Assembly: GCA_902798595.1 (NCBI GenBank) | Contig: CADBXE010000003.1 | Span: forward strand, 10,792 to 74,791 | Source: an uncultured Erysipelotrichaceae bacterium | Lineage (GTDB): Bacteria > Bacillota_I > Bacilli_A > RFN20 > CAG-826 | Length of the DNA stretch: 64,000 nucleotides | Reading direction: 5' to 3' | The notes under the pieces: model-generated | Database searches by the model: none | Told to the model about the DNA's origin: nothing | Seen by the model: the letters and a program-made list of their open reading frames with translations, nothing else | In this document: positions 15,828 to 25,756 of the stretch, piece after piece | Layout of the letters: every line of letters starts with the position of its first letter | Numbering within the stretch: position 1 is the first letter of the stretch | Made by a program: the position numbers and the translations under genes

Positions 15828-17708
15828 ATGATTAAAACAAGAAAAATGAAGACTTATTATCTAAAAATTAGAGAGAAATTTATAGAGCCGCTTAGGAACG
15901 GCATAAAGAAACATGAGTATCGTTTAGCTTCTCCAGAAAGACGCTCTATTAAGATTGGAGACAATCTTGTTTTGATATCAAACCAGGATAAGAAAAACTA
16001 TGTAAGAACAACCGTAACGGGAATTAATATTTATAAATCGTGGCGGGAGGCATTAGAAAACTATTGGGAAGAAGATTTCTCTGGGCTTTTTGATACTCTT
16101 GATATTGCTCTTACTGAATGCAATAAATTCTATTCTCGAGATGATGTTGATGAATACGGGATTATTGTATTTGATGTAAAGCCTGCGACCATCGATTACG
16201 GCAGCGCTTCTGTTCTACTGGATACAAACGTCATCGTTAGAAGAGAAAGTTACAACAACAGTTCTTCCGAAATAGCTAAATTATTTAATTACTTCAATAA
16301 AAAGAAAATCAGGACATTTGTTCATCAGAAAAGCAAAAACGAATTGGAAAAATACGCAAATCCAAATTACAAGAAATCTATCATAGATAAGTTAAATGCA
16401 TACGAAACCTTCCCAAACTATGTAGTTCGTCTTGATAATACTTTCAACGATATTGTTTCTCACTTTTCAAATGATGATAATAGTCAAGTTGATAATGCCC
16501 TTTTAGCGGAAGTATATTGTGGGAACGTGCAACTACTTTTGACGGATGACCGTCTAATGCTTTTAAAAGCAGAACAATTGTATATTAGAGAAAAAGTATT
16601 ATCTTCTATTGAACTTCTTGAAAAATACAAGGAACTCGATCCTAAAAATGTAAAGTATGACATTTTGAATGTTACACTCAAATCTTTTGCAGAAGTTGAC
16701 TTAGACGATTCATTTTTTGATACCTTGAAATATGATTACAACTTCGGTAATAACGAATTTGTTAATTGGTATAAGAGAAAGTCTGAAAAAAATGAAATGG
16801 CATACACTTTTTATGATGGCGACATCCTTAAAGGATTCTTATATTTAAAAGTTGAGGACAACGAAACGTATGACGACATTACTCCTAAGATGCCTAGGAG
16901 AAAAAGATTGAAGGTCGGAACGTTTAAAATCAATAGCACTGGCTTCAGACTTGGTGAACGCTTTTTCAAAATTATTTTTGATAACGCTCTTCTTCTAAAA
17001 GTCGATGAAATCTATGTGACACTTTTTGAAAACAAACGCAAAGAAATTGCAAAACTTAAATCTGATTTCGAAAAGTGGGGCTTTACCAAATTTGGATATA
17101 AAACAAATGGCGAAGCTGTTCTGGTGAAAGAAATAGCAAATCCTGTAATTGGTGATAATCCAAAACAATATTTTCCTGCTTTTAAGCCATCTGCTAAAAA
17201 ACTGTTTTTGCCGATTTTGCCTGAATACCATACAAGCCTATTTCCAGATAGCCATTTGAGAAATGAAAATTTAAGTTTCTTAAAAAGCAATCGAGCTCAT
17301 CAATATGCTTTGGAAAAGATATATCTGACAGGAGCAAACACAGATGGCATAAAACCAGGTGATGTTGTACTTATTTATCGCATTGGTGAAGATATGTTTA
17401 AAAGGTATTCCTCCACTCTCACCGGAGCTGCAATTGTTCAAGAGATTATTAAAACTAAGAATGTTGATGAATGCATAGATATATGTAGCAATCGTTCTAT
17501 CTTCAGTGAAAAAGAGATTAGAACGTTTTATGATAAATATCCAACAGTAGTTAAATTGTTATATAGAACTTCATTTGATCATAAAATTCTTCTAGATTAT
17601 TTATGGCAAAAGGGCATAATCGAACAAAACTGTGGCCCAAGATCATTTCAGCCTTTAAGCAACGACTATTTCAGTTTATTATATAAAAAAGGAACTGGAG
17701 AAGAGTGA
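15828..17708 (+). CDS. Multidomain ASCH - PIN - GNAT-like - ASCH-like protein
   Basis: 626-aa ORF. aa ~8-118 are ASCH-like (IEPLRNGIKKHEYRL..GDNLVL). aa ~128-255 are PIN-like (VLLDTNVIV ... LLLTDDRLM). aa ~280-436 are GNAT-like (..LKVGTFKINSTGFRLGERFFK..WGF). aa ~455-615 form a second ASCH/PUA-like region resembling the downstream 125-aa protein. Domain calls come from motif reading only. Confidence 0.55.
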   Translation: MIKTRKMKTYYLKIREKFIEPLRNGIKKHEYRLASPERRSIKIGDNLVLISNQDKKNYVRTTVTGINIYKSWREALENYWEEDFSGLFDTLDIALTECNKFYSRDDVDEYGIIVFDVKPATIDYGSASVLLDTNVIVRRESYNNSSSEIAKLFNYFNKKKIRTFVHQKSKNELEKYANPNYKKSIIDKLNAYETFPNYVVRLDNTFNDIVSHFSNDDNSQVDNALLAEVYCGNVQLLLTDDRLMLLKAEQLYIREKVLSSIELLEKYKELDPKNVKYDILNVTLKSFAEVDLDDSFFDTLKYDYNFGNNEFVNWYKRKSEKNEMAYTFYDGDILKGFLYLKVEDNETYDDITPKMPRRKRLKVGTFKINSTGFRLGERFFKIIFDNALLLKVDEIYVTLFENKRKEIAKLKSDFEKWGFTKFGYKTNGEAVLVKEIANPVIGDNPKQYFPAFKPSAKKLFLPILPEYHTSLFPDSHLRNENLSFLKSNRAHQYALEKIYLTGANTDGIKPGDVVLIYRIGEDMFKRYSSTLTGAAIVQEIIKTKNVDECIDICSNRSIFSEKEIRTFYDKYPTVVKLLYRTSFDHKILLDYLWQKGIIEQNCGPRSFQPLSNDYFSLLYKKGTGEE

Positions 17709-17709
17709 G

Positions 17710-18087
17710 ATGAAACGAAAAATATTGATTTCGGTTAATCCTGAGCATGTTGAAAACATTATTTCTGGCATAAAGAAGTATGAATATCGTCGCCATGTTG
17801 CCAAAAAGGATATTTCATCTATCATCATCTACGAAACAACACCGATTAAGCGTGTAGTCGCGGAAGCGGAAATCGAAGCCATTCTTTCTTATACCCCCGA
17901 TGAACTTTGGGAAATAACAAAGAATGAATCGGGTATTACAAGAGCTTTCTTTGATAAATATTTCAAAGGCAAAGAAATTGCACATGCTTACCGTATTGGC
18001 AAAGTTAAAGTCTTTAAAGAAAAGAAACTGCTTCAAGACTTTGGCGTTAGATGTGCACCTCAATCATTCGTCTACATCAATTACTAA
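17710..18087 (+). CDS. ASCH domain protein
   Basis: 125-aa ORF starting 1 nt after the upstream TGA. ISVNPEHVENIISGIKKYEYRR ... YETTPIKRVVAEAEI is typical of small ASCH (PUA-like) proteins. Confidence 0.7.
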   Translation: MKRKILISVNPEHVENIISGIKKYEYRRHVAKKDISSIIIYETTPIKRVVAEAEIEAILSYTPDELWEITKNESGITRAFFDKYFKGKEIAHAYRIGKVKVFKEKKLLQDFGVRCAPQSFVYINY

Positions 18088-18107
18088 TTAAAATATAAAG
18101 TAACAAA

Positions 18108-18131
18108 GGTGGAGTTTTACTCCACTTTTTA
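18108..18131 (+). terminator. Rho-independent terminator
   Basis: GGTGGAG-TTTTA-CTCCAC followed by TTTTT. Confidence 0.75.
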
Positions 18132-18145
18132 TATATAATAAGCAC

Positions 18146-18865
18146 ATGGTTAACTTTAAAATTGAAATCGCTAATACAGTATTTGAAATTAATGCTTTTA
18201 ATGAGTCCACTAAAAGGTATTGTGGGGATTTTTTAAGCGATAAAGAATCTGATTATGTTATTGATATGACTAAGGATGATTTAGAAAACGAAAAGCATAT
18301 CAGTGAAGATGGTAAAGTGTACGCGAATGAAGAGATATCAGCATTATATCGTAAGATAGCCAATATCTTTATAGAAAAGGATATTATGATCGCTCACGGT
18401 TCTTCTTTTAAAGTTGATAACTGTGGTTTTCTAGTGACTGCGAGAAGTGGAGTGGGTAAATCCACCCATGTTAATTTATTAAGAGAGTTATTAGGTAATG
18501 AATTTAGTTATATTAATGACGATAAGCCGTTATTAGAAGTTAATGATAATAACTGTATGCTTTATTCTTCACCATGGAATGGTAAAGAAAGAAGAGGTAA
18601 TAATACCTATGCTCCTTTAAAGGCTATTATCTTCCTTAATAGGGGTACTTCTAATACATATAGAAAGATTGAAAATAATAGTGATATCTATTTTAGATTA
18701 ATGACTCAAGTCTATTTACCATTAGATAAATCTAAAAGAGAAAAAGCTTTAACATTGATTGATATATTATTAAAGAGAATTAACTTCTATGAGATTAATG
18801 TTAATACTGATATATCAAGTGCGGTTATGACTTATGAAAGGATTATTAAAAATGAAATTAAATGA
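18146..18865 (+). CDS. HPr-kinase-like (HprK-related) P-loop kinase
   Basis: 239-aa ORF. HGSSFKVDNCGFLVTARSGVGKSTH resembles the HprK/P C-terminal domain Walker-A region. No RBS; TATAAT lies 6 nt upstream of the ATG. Confidence 0.55.
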   Translation: MVNFKIEIANTVFEINAFNESTKRYCGDFLSDKESDYVIDMTKDDLENEKHISEDGKVYANEEISALYRKIANIFIEKDIMIAHGSSFKVDNCGFLVTARSGVGKSTHVNLLRELLGNEFSYINDDKPLLEVNDNNCMLYSSPWNGKERRGNNTYAPLKAIIFLNRGTSNTYRKIENNSDIYFRLMTQVYLPLDKSKREKALTLIDILLKRINFYEINVNTDISSAVMTYERIIKNEIK

Positions 18866-19124
18866 AAACTTTTTAATCCATAGTTCTGATAATGGTGAAA
18901 TCTTAATCCCAGTGGGAGAAGAAACTAAAAAGTTCCATGGTGTGGTTAAACTTAATAACACCGGTAGTGAAATCGTTCACTTATTAGAAAATAACGATAT
19001 GTCATTAGAGGATCTCTTTGAACACTTCTATAAGAGCTGTCCTAATGATGATAAAGAAGTAATTAAACAAGGAGTTAGTGAGTTTATTAAAAAACTCTAT
19101 GAAATCAATGCCATCGTTGAATAA
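18834..19124 (+). CDS. PqqD-family peptide chaperone (RiPP recognition element)
   Basis: 90-96 aa (ATG at 18834 or 18852, both overlapping the kinase gene). ..LNNTGSEIVHLLENNDMSLEDLFEHFYK...VSEFIKKLYEINAI follows the PqqD/RRE pattern. Confidence 0.6.
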   Translation: MKGLLKMKLNENFLIHSSDNGEILIPVGEETKKFHGVVKLNNTGSEIVHLLENNDMSLEDLFEHFYKSCPNDDKEVIKQGVSEFIKKLYEINAIVE

Positions 19125-19539
19125 GTTTGAAGACGTTCTTAATAAAGAAGGAGAACTAATATTCACTAATGTTGGTTACTCTATGTATCCGCTCATCAAA
19201 CAAAGAGAGGATGTTTTAAGAATTGTTAAAAGCGATAACTATAAGAAAGGCGATATTGTTTTATATAAGTCTGAAATAGACCACTACGTGTTACATAGAA
19301 TCTTAAAGATTAAGAAAGATGTAGTTATCCTTGCGGGTGACTATAACTACTTTAAAGACAAACCTATTACAAAAGATAAGATTTTAGGCGTTTTAAGCAC
19401 AATTACTAAGAAAGATGGTAAAATAATCGACCTATCTAAGGATAAAAGGGCTAGAAGGTTCTTTTATACGAATTTCTTTTATATCAAAGCATTCTTCCAA
19501 ATGGTTGGGAAGGTATTACATTTAAGAAAAGTAAAATAA
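19078..19539 (+). CDS. S24/S26-family (signal-peptidase-I-like) serine peptidase
   Basis: ~145-153 aa. The likely ATG is at 19099 or 19108, overlapping the PqqD stop. Contains GYSMYPLI (GxSMxP catalytic Ser motif) and KGDIVLY..HRI. Confidence 0.55.
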   Translation: MSLLKNSMKSMPSLNKFEDVLNKEGELIFTNVGYSMYPLIKQREDVLRIVKSDNYKKGDIVLYKSEIDHYVLHRILKIKKDVVILAGDYNYFKDKPITKDKILGVLSTITKKDGKIIDLSKDKRARRFFYTNFFYIKAFFQMVGKVLHLRKVK

Positions 19540-19611
19540 TACTTCATCGGCAAAAAACAAAAAACTTTGTATAACTATTGTAAATCTTGCCGAATATAGT
19601 ATCATTAATGT

Positions 19612-20514
19612 ATGAATAAATTCATAACGGTCAAAGAAGCGGCAAATAAATGGAATGTTTCGGAAAGAAGCGTTCGTAATTACTGTGTCTTAGGAAGAGT
19701 TCCTGATGCAGTTTTTGAAAATGGATGCTGGCTCATACCAGAAACCGCTAAAAAGCCAATTAGGCTTAACGAAAAAGAAAACAAAAACCATCTTCTTGAG
19801 AGATTAAGGGAAGAAAAGAAGCACCAAATCAGTGGTGGAATATATCACAAACTTCAAATCGATTTAACTTATAACTCAAATCATATTGAAGGTAGCGAAT
19901 TAACGCACGATCAAACTAGATATATTTTCGAAACAAGAACCATTGGCTTAGAAAGCACAAATACATCAGTTAAAGTTGATGATGTGATTGAAACCATCAA
20001 TCACTTTTCTGCAATTGATAGAGTTATTGATTTTGCTAACTATGAACTTAGCGAATCATTTATCAAAGAACTGCATAAAATTTTAAAAACTGGGACATCT
20101 GATTCAAGACTTTCTTGGTTTGCGGTTGGCGAATATAAAAAAAGAGCGAATGAAGTAGGTGGCATAGCTACGACATCTCCTCAACAAGTTAATGATGAAA
20201 TGAAAAAACTCCTCAGCGATTATAATCAAAAGGACAAACATTCTTTTGAAGAAATAGTGGAATTTCATGTTAAATTTGAGAGAATCCATCCTTTCCAAGA
20301 TGGCAATGGTAGAGTTGGACGCCTCATTATTCTTAAAGAGTGTTTAAAAAACAACATCGTCCCTTTTGTTATTCTTGATAATAAAAAAATGTTTTACTAT
20401 CGCGGTCTCAAGAATTGGAACCAAGAACGCGGATGGTTATTAGATACTTGCTTGGATGGGCAAAATACAGTAAAAGCGTACCTAGATTATTTTGGAATAG
20501 TGTATCGTAATTAA
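19612..20514 (+). CDS. Fic-family protein with N-terminal HTH
   Basis: 300-aa ORF. An excisionase/MerR-like HTH (ITVKEAANKWNVSERSVRNYC) is followed by the canonical Fic motif HPFQDGNGRVGR. Confidence 0.9.
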   Translation: MNKFITVKEAANKWNVSERSVRNYCVLGRVPDAVFENGCWLIPETAKKPIRLNEKENKNHLLERLREEKKHQISGGIYHKLQIDLTYNSNHIEGSELTHDQTRYIFETRTIGLESTNTSVKVDDVIETINHFSAIDRVIDFANYELSESFIKELHKILKTGTSDSRLSWFAVGEYKKRANEVGGIATTSPQQVNDEMKKLLSDYNQKDKHSFEEIVEFHVKFERIHPFQDGNGRVGRLIILKECLKNNIVPFVILDNKKMFYYRGLKNWNQERGWLLDTCLDGQNTVKAYLDYFGIVYRN

Positions 20515-20524
20515 GGAAGCAAAG

Positions 20525-22165
20525 ATGAGAAACAAAGAAACACTAAGTTTTATTAACAAAAACATTAAAGGGAGTAAGAAGAAAGTCTTTATCCTTTCTT
20601 TAATTCAAACCTTATTAGGTGTTTTAACTGTTGGTTTCTCTTTCATGCTGAAGTTTGTTATCAATGCGATTGAAGATAAGAACAATGAATTATTAATTAG
20701 ATACGTCATTATCATTGCCTCAATTGCAGTCTTGCTTATCGCTTTACAAATCTTCTATCGCTTATATTACGAAGTTAGTTATATCGATATTGAAAATAGA
20801 TTAAAAAATAACTTATTTAAAACAATCTTGAATAAAGATTATCAAGATGTTAAAAACACTCATGATGAAGAATGGATCCATAGATTAACAAGTGATACCG
20901 CAGTAGTGGCATCCTCAATCCTATCAATCTTACCTTCATTATGTAGAATGGTTATCCAATTAGTTTTAGCCTTAGCCCTTATTATCTATTTATTCCCAGC
21001 GTTCGGTTTATCTTTATTGCCATTTATCGCTTTAGTAATTCTAATCACTTACTTTATGCGCAAACGTTTAAAAGCGTATCATCATTTAGCCCAAGAAAAA
21101 GATGGTAAAGCTAAAGTGTTCCTTTCCGAATCTCTTCAAGGTTTAGCAATTGTTCATAGCTTTGTTAAAGAAGATGTCTTTTCTAAAAAGAATGAACAAA
21201 ACTTAGAGGAATATAAGAAAGCGAGATTAAAAAGAAATACATTTAATGTCTTATGCTCTATTGGCTTTATAGTGGTCTACTATACTTTCTATATCTTAGC
21301 CATTATCTTCTGTGGACAAAAGATTATTAATGGTGCGATGACCATTGGCTTCTTAAGCGCGATTGTCGCGTTACTTTCACAGTTAACAGGTCCACTTGGA
21401 AATATCACCTCTATCATTCCTAAGTACTATAGTTTATTAGCGAGTGGTGAACGTTTAAGAATGGAAAATAGCGAGGACGTGGATTATTTATCTAAGAGTG
21501 AAATTGATAATTTCTATAACAATGGATTTAAAAAACTATCCATTAATAAGGTTTGTTATTCCTATTTAGATAAATATGGTAATAAGGTCCAAGCCCTTAA
21601 TAACTTCTCGCTTGTTATTAATAAAAACGAAAAGGTTTTAATTAAAGGCCATTCTGGTGGTGGCAAGTCCACTTTATTTAAACTAATACTTTCTTTATTA
21701 ACCCCAGAAAGTGGTGAAATTAAGATTAACGAACAACCACTTAATAAGAAATATGAAAAACTCTTCGCTTATGTCCCTCAAGATAACTTATTAATGGAGG
21801 GCACAATTAAGGAAGTAGTGACACTATTCGATAATGAACCGAATAATGAACTATTTAACAAAGCTTTAGAAATCAGTGATGCCTCTAACTTTGTTAATGC
21901 CTTAGTTAATAAAGAAGAAACATACCTTAATGAAAAAGGTAGTGGTCTTTCCTTAGGGGAAATGGAAAGAATCGCTATTGCTAGAGCCATTTACAGTGGT
22001 TCTCCAATCTTGCTATTAGATGAATGTTCAGCGTCCCTTGATGCCTCTAGTGAAAAGACAGTGATGTCTAATATTTTAAATATGAACAATAAGACCATTA
22101 TCTTAATTTCACATCATAAATATGATGAGAAGTTATTCGATAAGGTTATCGATCTTGGTGAATAA
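20525..22165 (+). CDS. ABC exporter, fused permease/ATPase
   Basis: 546-aa ORF. N-terminal 6-TM exporter domain, Walker A GHSGGGKST, signature LSLGEMERIAIARA, Walker B ILLLDE. Starts 10 nt after the fic stop. Confidence 0.85.
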   Translation: MRNKETLSFINKNIKGSKKKVFILSLIQTLLGVLTVGFSFMLKFVINAIEDKNNELLIRYVIIIASIAVLLIALQIFYRLYYEVSYIDIENRLKNNLFKTILNKDYQDVKNTHDEEWIHRLTSDTAVVASSILSILPSLCRMVIQLVLALALIIYLFPAFGLSLLPFIALVILITYFMRKRLKAYHHLAQEKDGKAKVFLSESLQGLAIVHSFVKEDVFSKKNEQNLEEYKKARLKRNTFNVLCSIGFIVVYYTFYILAIIFCGQKIINGAMTIGFLSAIVALLSQLTGPLGNITSIIPKYYSLLASGERLRMENSEDVDYLSKSEIDNFYNNGFKKLSINKVCYSYLDKYGNKVQALNNFSLVINKNEKVLIKGHSGGGKSTLFKLILSLLTPESGEIKINEQPLNKKYEKLFAYVPQDNLLMEGTIKEVVTLFDNEPNNELFNKALEISDASNFVNALVNKEETYLNEKGSGLSLGEMERIAIARAIYSGSPILLLDECSASLDASSEKTVMSNILNMNNKTIILISHHKYDEKLFDKVIDLGE

Positions 22166-22166
22166 G

Positions 22167-23285
22167 ATGAATAAAGAGAATTACGCGAATAACATTAATA
22201 AGTATGTGCGACTTATCGCAGCGTATCTAAATAATAAGATACTTAACGAAAGTATTGATGATAATCTTCTCTCTTTTTGTATCAAGATGTCCAAACATCA
22301 TTCCTTAACTGCGTTACTTTATAAGGCTATCGTAGAAACGCATAGTAAAGTAAATCCAGAGTTATTAAAGAAGCTAGAGCAGCATTATTACGCTAACTTA
22401 AGAAAGCACGCTTTATTTGAACAAGAAAGAAATGATTTGTTTAAGTATTTAGATGATAACAAGATTGATTATTTACCTTTAAAAGGCTTAATTGTTAAAG
22501 ACTATTATCCTGATCCATTTACTAGAGAATTTGCGGATAACGATATTCTTTTTAAGGGCAAAGATGAAGTGATAAAGAAGTTCTTCGTCGATAAAGACTA
22601 TGAGGTTGAACTATATAAAAAGAGCAATCATGATGTCTATTTAAAGAAGCCCTTCTATAACTTTGAAATGCACCGCGAATTATTCATGGAAAGAGAAGAC
22701 TTAACCGAGTTTGTTAAGTACTTTAAAAACTATTTAGATAAAGCCCCTATTAAAAAGAAGAAAGAACATTATTTAAGCAATGAAGATTTCTATATCTATT
22801 TCACCGCTCATTCATATAAACACTATAGTGCCTCTGGATGTGGAATTAGAACGCTCGTGGATTATTATTTATACTTAAGAAATAACAAACTAGATTTTAA
22901 ATACATCAATAAAGAATTAGAGAAGTTAAATCTCTTAGATTTCTCTAATCAAATGATCAATCTTTCAAATAAAGTATTTAATGAAGAAACATTAGATAAT
23001 GATGAATTAGAAACACTGCTATTTATCGCTAGCAGTGGTACTTATGGTACTTTAGAACACAGTGTCACTAAAGGCATTAAGAAAAAAGGAAAGTTTGGTT
23101 ATACGATGTCTCGCATCTTTCCACCTTATTCCTTCTATAAAACCACTTATCCTTGGGCGTATCACGTTGTCATCCTTATTCCAGTTGCGTGGACAATCCG
23201 CTTATTCAAAGTTTTGTTTACGAACCCTAAAAAAGCGGTGACAGAACTAAAGATGATTAAAGATTCTAAAGAAGAAAAAGAATAG
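22167..23285 (+). CDS. Uncharacterised nucleotidyltransferase family protein (PF14907-like)
   Basis: 372 aa from the ATG at 22167, 1 nt after the ABC stop. YLPLKGLIVKDYYPDPFTREFADNDILF matches the LKG...Y...R..D.D pattern of this family. Confidence 0.5.
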   Translation: MNKENYANNINKYVRLIAAYLNNKILNESIDDNLLSFCIKMSKHHSLTALLYKAIVETHSKVNPELLKKLEQHYYANLRKHALFEQERNDLFKYLDDNKIDYLPLKGLIVKDYYPDPFTREFADNDILFKGKDEVIKKFFVDKDYEVELYKKSNHDVYLKKPFYNFEMHRELFMEREDLTEFVKYFKNYLDKAPIKKKKEHYLSNEDFYIYFTAHSYKHYSASGCGIRTLVDYYLYLRNNKLDFKYINKELEKLNLLDFSNQMINLSNKVFNEETLDNDELETLLFIASSGTYGTLEHSVTKGIKKKGKFGYTMSRIFPPYSFYKTTYPWAYHVVILIPVAWTIRLFKVLFTNPKKAVTELKMIKDSKEEKE

Positions 23286-23300
23286 ATAATAACTATAAAT

Positions 23301-23333
23301 ATTCACCAAATTAATACTTGGTGAATTTTTTTG
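23301..23333 (+). terminator. Rho-independent terminator
   Basis: ATTCACCAA-loop-TTGGTGAAT, a 9-bp stem followed by T7. Confidence 0.8.
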
Positions 23334-23348
23334 TTCTATAATGAAGTC

Positions 23349-25745
23349 ATGATTATTATTAAAGAACTGACTAAGAAATATAACTCTAAATACAAAGATG
23401 AAGAAGTCATCGCTTTAAATAACATTAGCCTTGTGCTTCCTGATAAAGGCTTCATCGCTATTTATGGCGCCTCTGGATGTGGTAAATCAACATTACTTAA
23501 TGTTTTAGGAGGCCTTGATCAAGCAGATGAAGGAGAGATGATTGTTAATGGTCGTAGCACTAAAGGATTTAATGCTTATGATTGGAACTCTTATCGTAAC
23601 CAAGAAGTGGGCTTTGTCTTTCAAAACTACTTTCTCTTACCACATTTGAATGTCGCTGATAATATTGCCGTGACATTACAAATGTCTAAACAAACAGATA
23701 ACCTTAAGGCTAAAATCCGTAAGGCTCTTGATGAGGTGGGCTTAGTAAAGATTGAAAAACGTTATCCAAGACAACTTTCTGGTGGCCAACAACAACGTGT
23801 CGCTATCGCAAGAGCGTTAATCGCTAATCCATCTATCATTCTTGCGGATGAACCAACTGGGGCATTAGATGAAAAGTCTTCTAAACTAGTCATGAAGACA
23901 TTAAAAGAAGTATCTAAAGACCACCTTGTAGTGATGGTTACACATAACGAAAGAATGGCCAAAGAATATGCGGATAGATTAATTGAGATATCCTATGGCA
24001 ATATCACATTCGACTCCAATCCATTAACTATTAAGGGTGAACAAATTACTAAACAAGACCGCTTACCTTCTGTTCACTTACCATTTAGAACATCAATTAA
24101 ATGGTCATTAAGAAACGTTGTTAAAAAGAAAGGCAGATCTATTCCTATCGCTATTGCATCCGGTATTGGTTTAGCCGCAGCGGGTGTTGTTTTATCCATG
24201 ACCAAAGGCATCAATGACTATGTTGGCGTGGCTCAAAAAGCGGCGATTAAAGACTATCCTGTCTATGTGACATGCCACTCCAAAAACTCTAGCCAATCTA
24301 ACGAATTAACATTAACGGAATTCCCAGATTCACCAGATATCATTATTGAAAAGTCTGACTATAAAGCGCAAGAGCATTACATCACTATGCAAGATGACTT
24401 TACCGAATATATGAAAGGCTTAGAAGCGGGTAAAGACTACGCTCACGTGAGCACTAATAAGGCTGTTAACTTTAACTTATTTACCCAATCCACACGTGAC
24501 TCCTATGTCAAAGTGGATTCCACTTCCTATACAACATGCATCTCGCCAACCACAGAAACATATAAGTTCCTTCAAGATGACCAATATGACATCATCGCTG
24601 GTGATCATCTACCACAAAATAAAAATGAACTTACATTAGTCGTGGATACATATAACCGTATTGATTTATACGCTCTTCAAAGAATGGGCTTTGATACATC
24701 AGGTGATAGCATTAAAGCTAGCGATATCATTGATAAAAAAGAATACCGTATCGCTAGTAATGACGATATTTATTATGCAGAAAATAAAGAAGTTAAAACC
24801 GGTAGTGGTACGGTGACTAGAGAAGTCTATAAGACATATGGTACATCCCACTATAAGGACTTATATGATAATGGTGATTTAAGTTTAAGGATTGTTAGTG
24901 TCATTAGACCAAAACAAACAACCACCAATTCTATCTATAGCAACATCCTTTTATATCATCCTGATTTATTAGATTTCTTATTAAATGATGAAACAGGTTT
25001 AAATACCAAATCACATGTTGTAGAAGTACAAAAAGCCAACACCAAATGGGACATCATTACTGGTGAAGACTATGTCTCCACCTTCTATAACGGCTATGAA
25101 TTAACACCACAATATCAATATGAAAGTCGTTTAGTGGAGCTAGGAGGCAAAGATAGAATCACTTCCTACTTCTATTACACCGATACTTTTGCTCAAAGAA
25201 CAAAGATTATTGAATATGCTTCTAAATACAAGGTTGATCCAGAAAGCAATATTATTATTAAGACTAGAGACTATCTAGAAAGTGTGACTGCTTCTTTCTC
25301 ATCATTAGTTAGAACGTTCTCCACAATCTTATTAGCGTTCTCTCTTGTTTCTATCTTGGTGTCAGCGATTATGACCGCTATTTTGACTTATATTTCTGTT
25401 AATGAACGTAAACGCGAGATTGGTTTATTAAGATCATTAGGTGCTAGACAGCAAGATGTCTCATTAATGTTTATTACAGAAGCGTCACTTATTAGCATTG
25501 TCGCAGGCTTCTTAGGTGTTGGTTTGTGTTATGCTGCTGCACCTTTAGTATCTAGAGTGGTGGTTAATATCATTAAGATGGCCGGTACAAGCTTTATCAA
25601 TCCAAAATCTAATCAATTTGCGCAAGTACAGATTTGGTTAATACCAATTCTCTTTGCGGCCGCTATATTAATTGGTATTATTTCCTCGTTAGTACCAGCG
25701 ATAATCGCTGGTCGTAAGAAACCAGCGGAATCATTGAAAGAATAA
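23349..25745 (+). CDS. MacB-type ABC transporter, fused ATPase + FtsX-like permease
   Basis: ~798 aa from the ATG at 23349. [33 protein letters not shown] and DEPTGALD, then a large extracytoplasmic domain and a C-terminal FtsX-type 4-TM region ([15 protein letters not shown]). Confidence 0.85.
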   Translation: MIIIKELTKKYNSKYKDEEVIALNNISLVLPDKGFIAIYGASGCGKSTLLNVLGGLDQADEGEMIVNGRSTKGFNAYDWNSYRNQEVGFVFQNYFLLPHLNVADNIAVTLQMSKQTDNLKAKIRKALDEVGLVKIEKRYPRQLSGGQQQRVAIARALIANPSIILADEPTGALDEKSSKLVMKTLKEVSKDHLVVMVTHNERMAKEYADRLIEISYGNITFDSNPLTIKGEQITKQDRLPSVHLPFRTSIKWSLRNVVKKKGRSIPIAIASGIGLAAAGVVLSMTKGINDYVGVAQKAAIKDYPVYVTCHSKNSSQSNELTLTEFPDSPDIIIEKSDYKAQEHYITMQDDFTEYMKGLEAGKDYAHVSTNKAVNFNLFTQSTRDSYVKVDSTSYTTCISPTTETYKFLQDDQYDIIAGDHLPQNKNELTLVVDTYNRIDLYALQRMGFDTSGDSIKASDIIDKKEYRIASNDDIYYAENKEVKTGSGTVTREVYKTYGTSHYKDLYDNGDLSLRIVSVIRPKQTTTNSIYSNILLYHPDLLDFLLNDETGLNTKSHVVEVQKANTKWDIITGEDYVSTFYNGYELTPQYQYESRLVELGGKDRITSYFYYTDTFAQRTKIIEYASKYKVDPESNIIIKTRDYLESVTASFSSLVRTFSTILLAFSLVSILVSAIMTAILTYISVNERKREIGLLRSLGARQQDVSLMFITEASLISIVAGFLGVGLCYAAAPLVSRVVVNIIKMAGTSFINPKSNQFAQVQIWLIPILFAAAILIGIISSLVPAIIAGRKKPAESLKE

Positions 25746-25756
25746 AGGAGACTATT

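Noticed and set aside
17706-17712. Mycoplasma-type genetic code (TGA = Trp)
   Set aside because: Long uninterrupted ORFs cover nearly the whole window under the standard code, and Trp is encoded by TGG. The TGA at 17706-17708 is followed 1 nt later by an ATG opening a separate ASCH-domain gene in another frame, so TGA behaves as a stop.
18146-23285. Calling this cassette a lasso-peptide biosynthetic gene cluster
   Set aside because: PqqD, an HprK-like kinase, a PF14907-type NTase and an ABC exporter fit lasso accessory sets. However, no Asn-synthetase-like cyclase (~600 aa) or transglutaminase-like B2 protease is present anywhere in the 64 kb, and no precursor gene is adjacent. I therefore report it only as a cyclase-less RiPP-like cassette.
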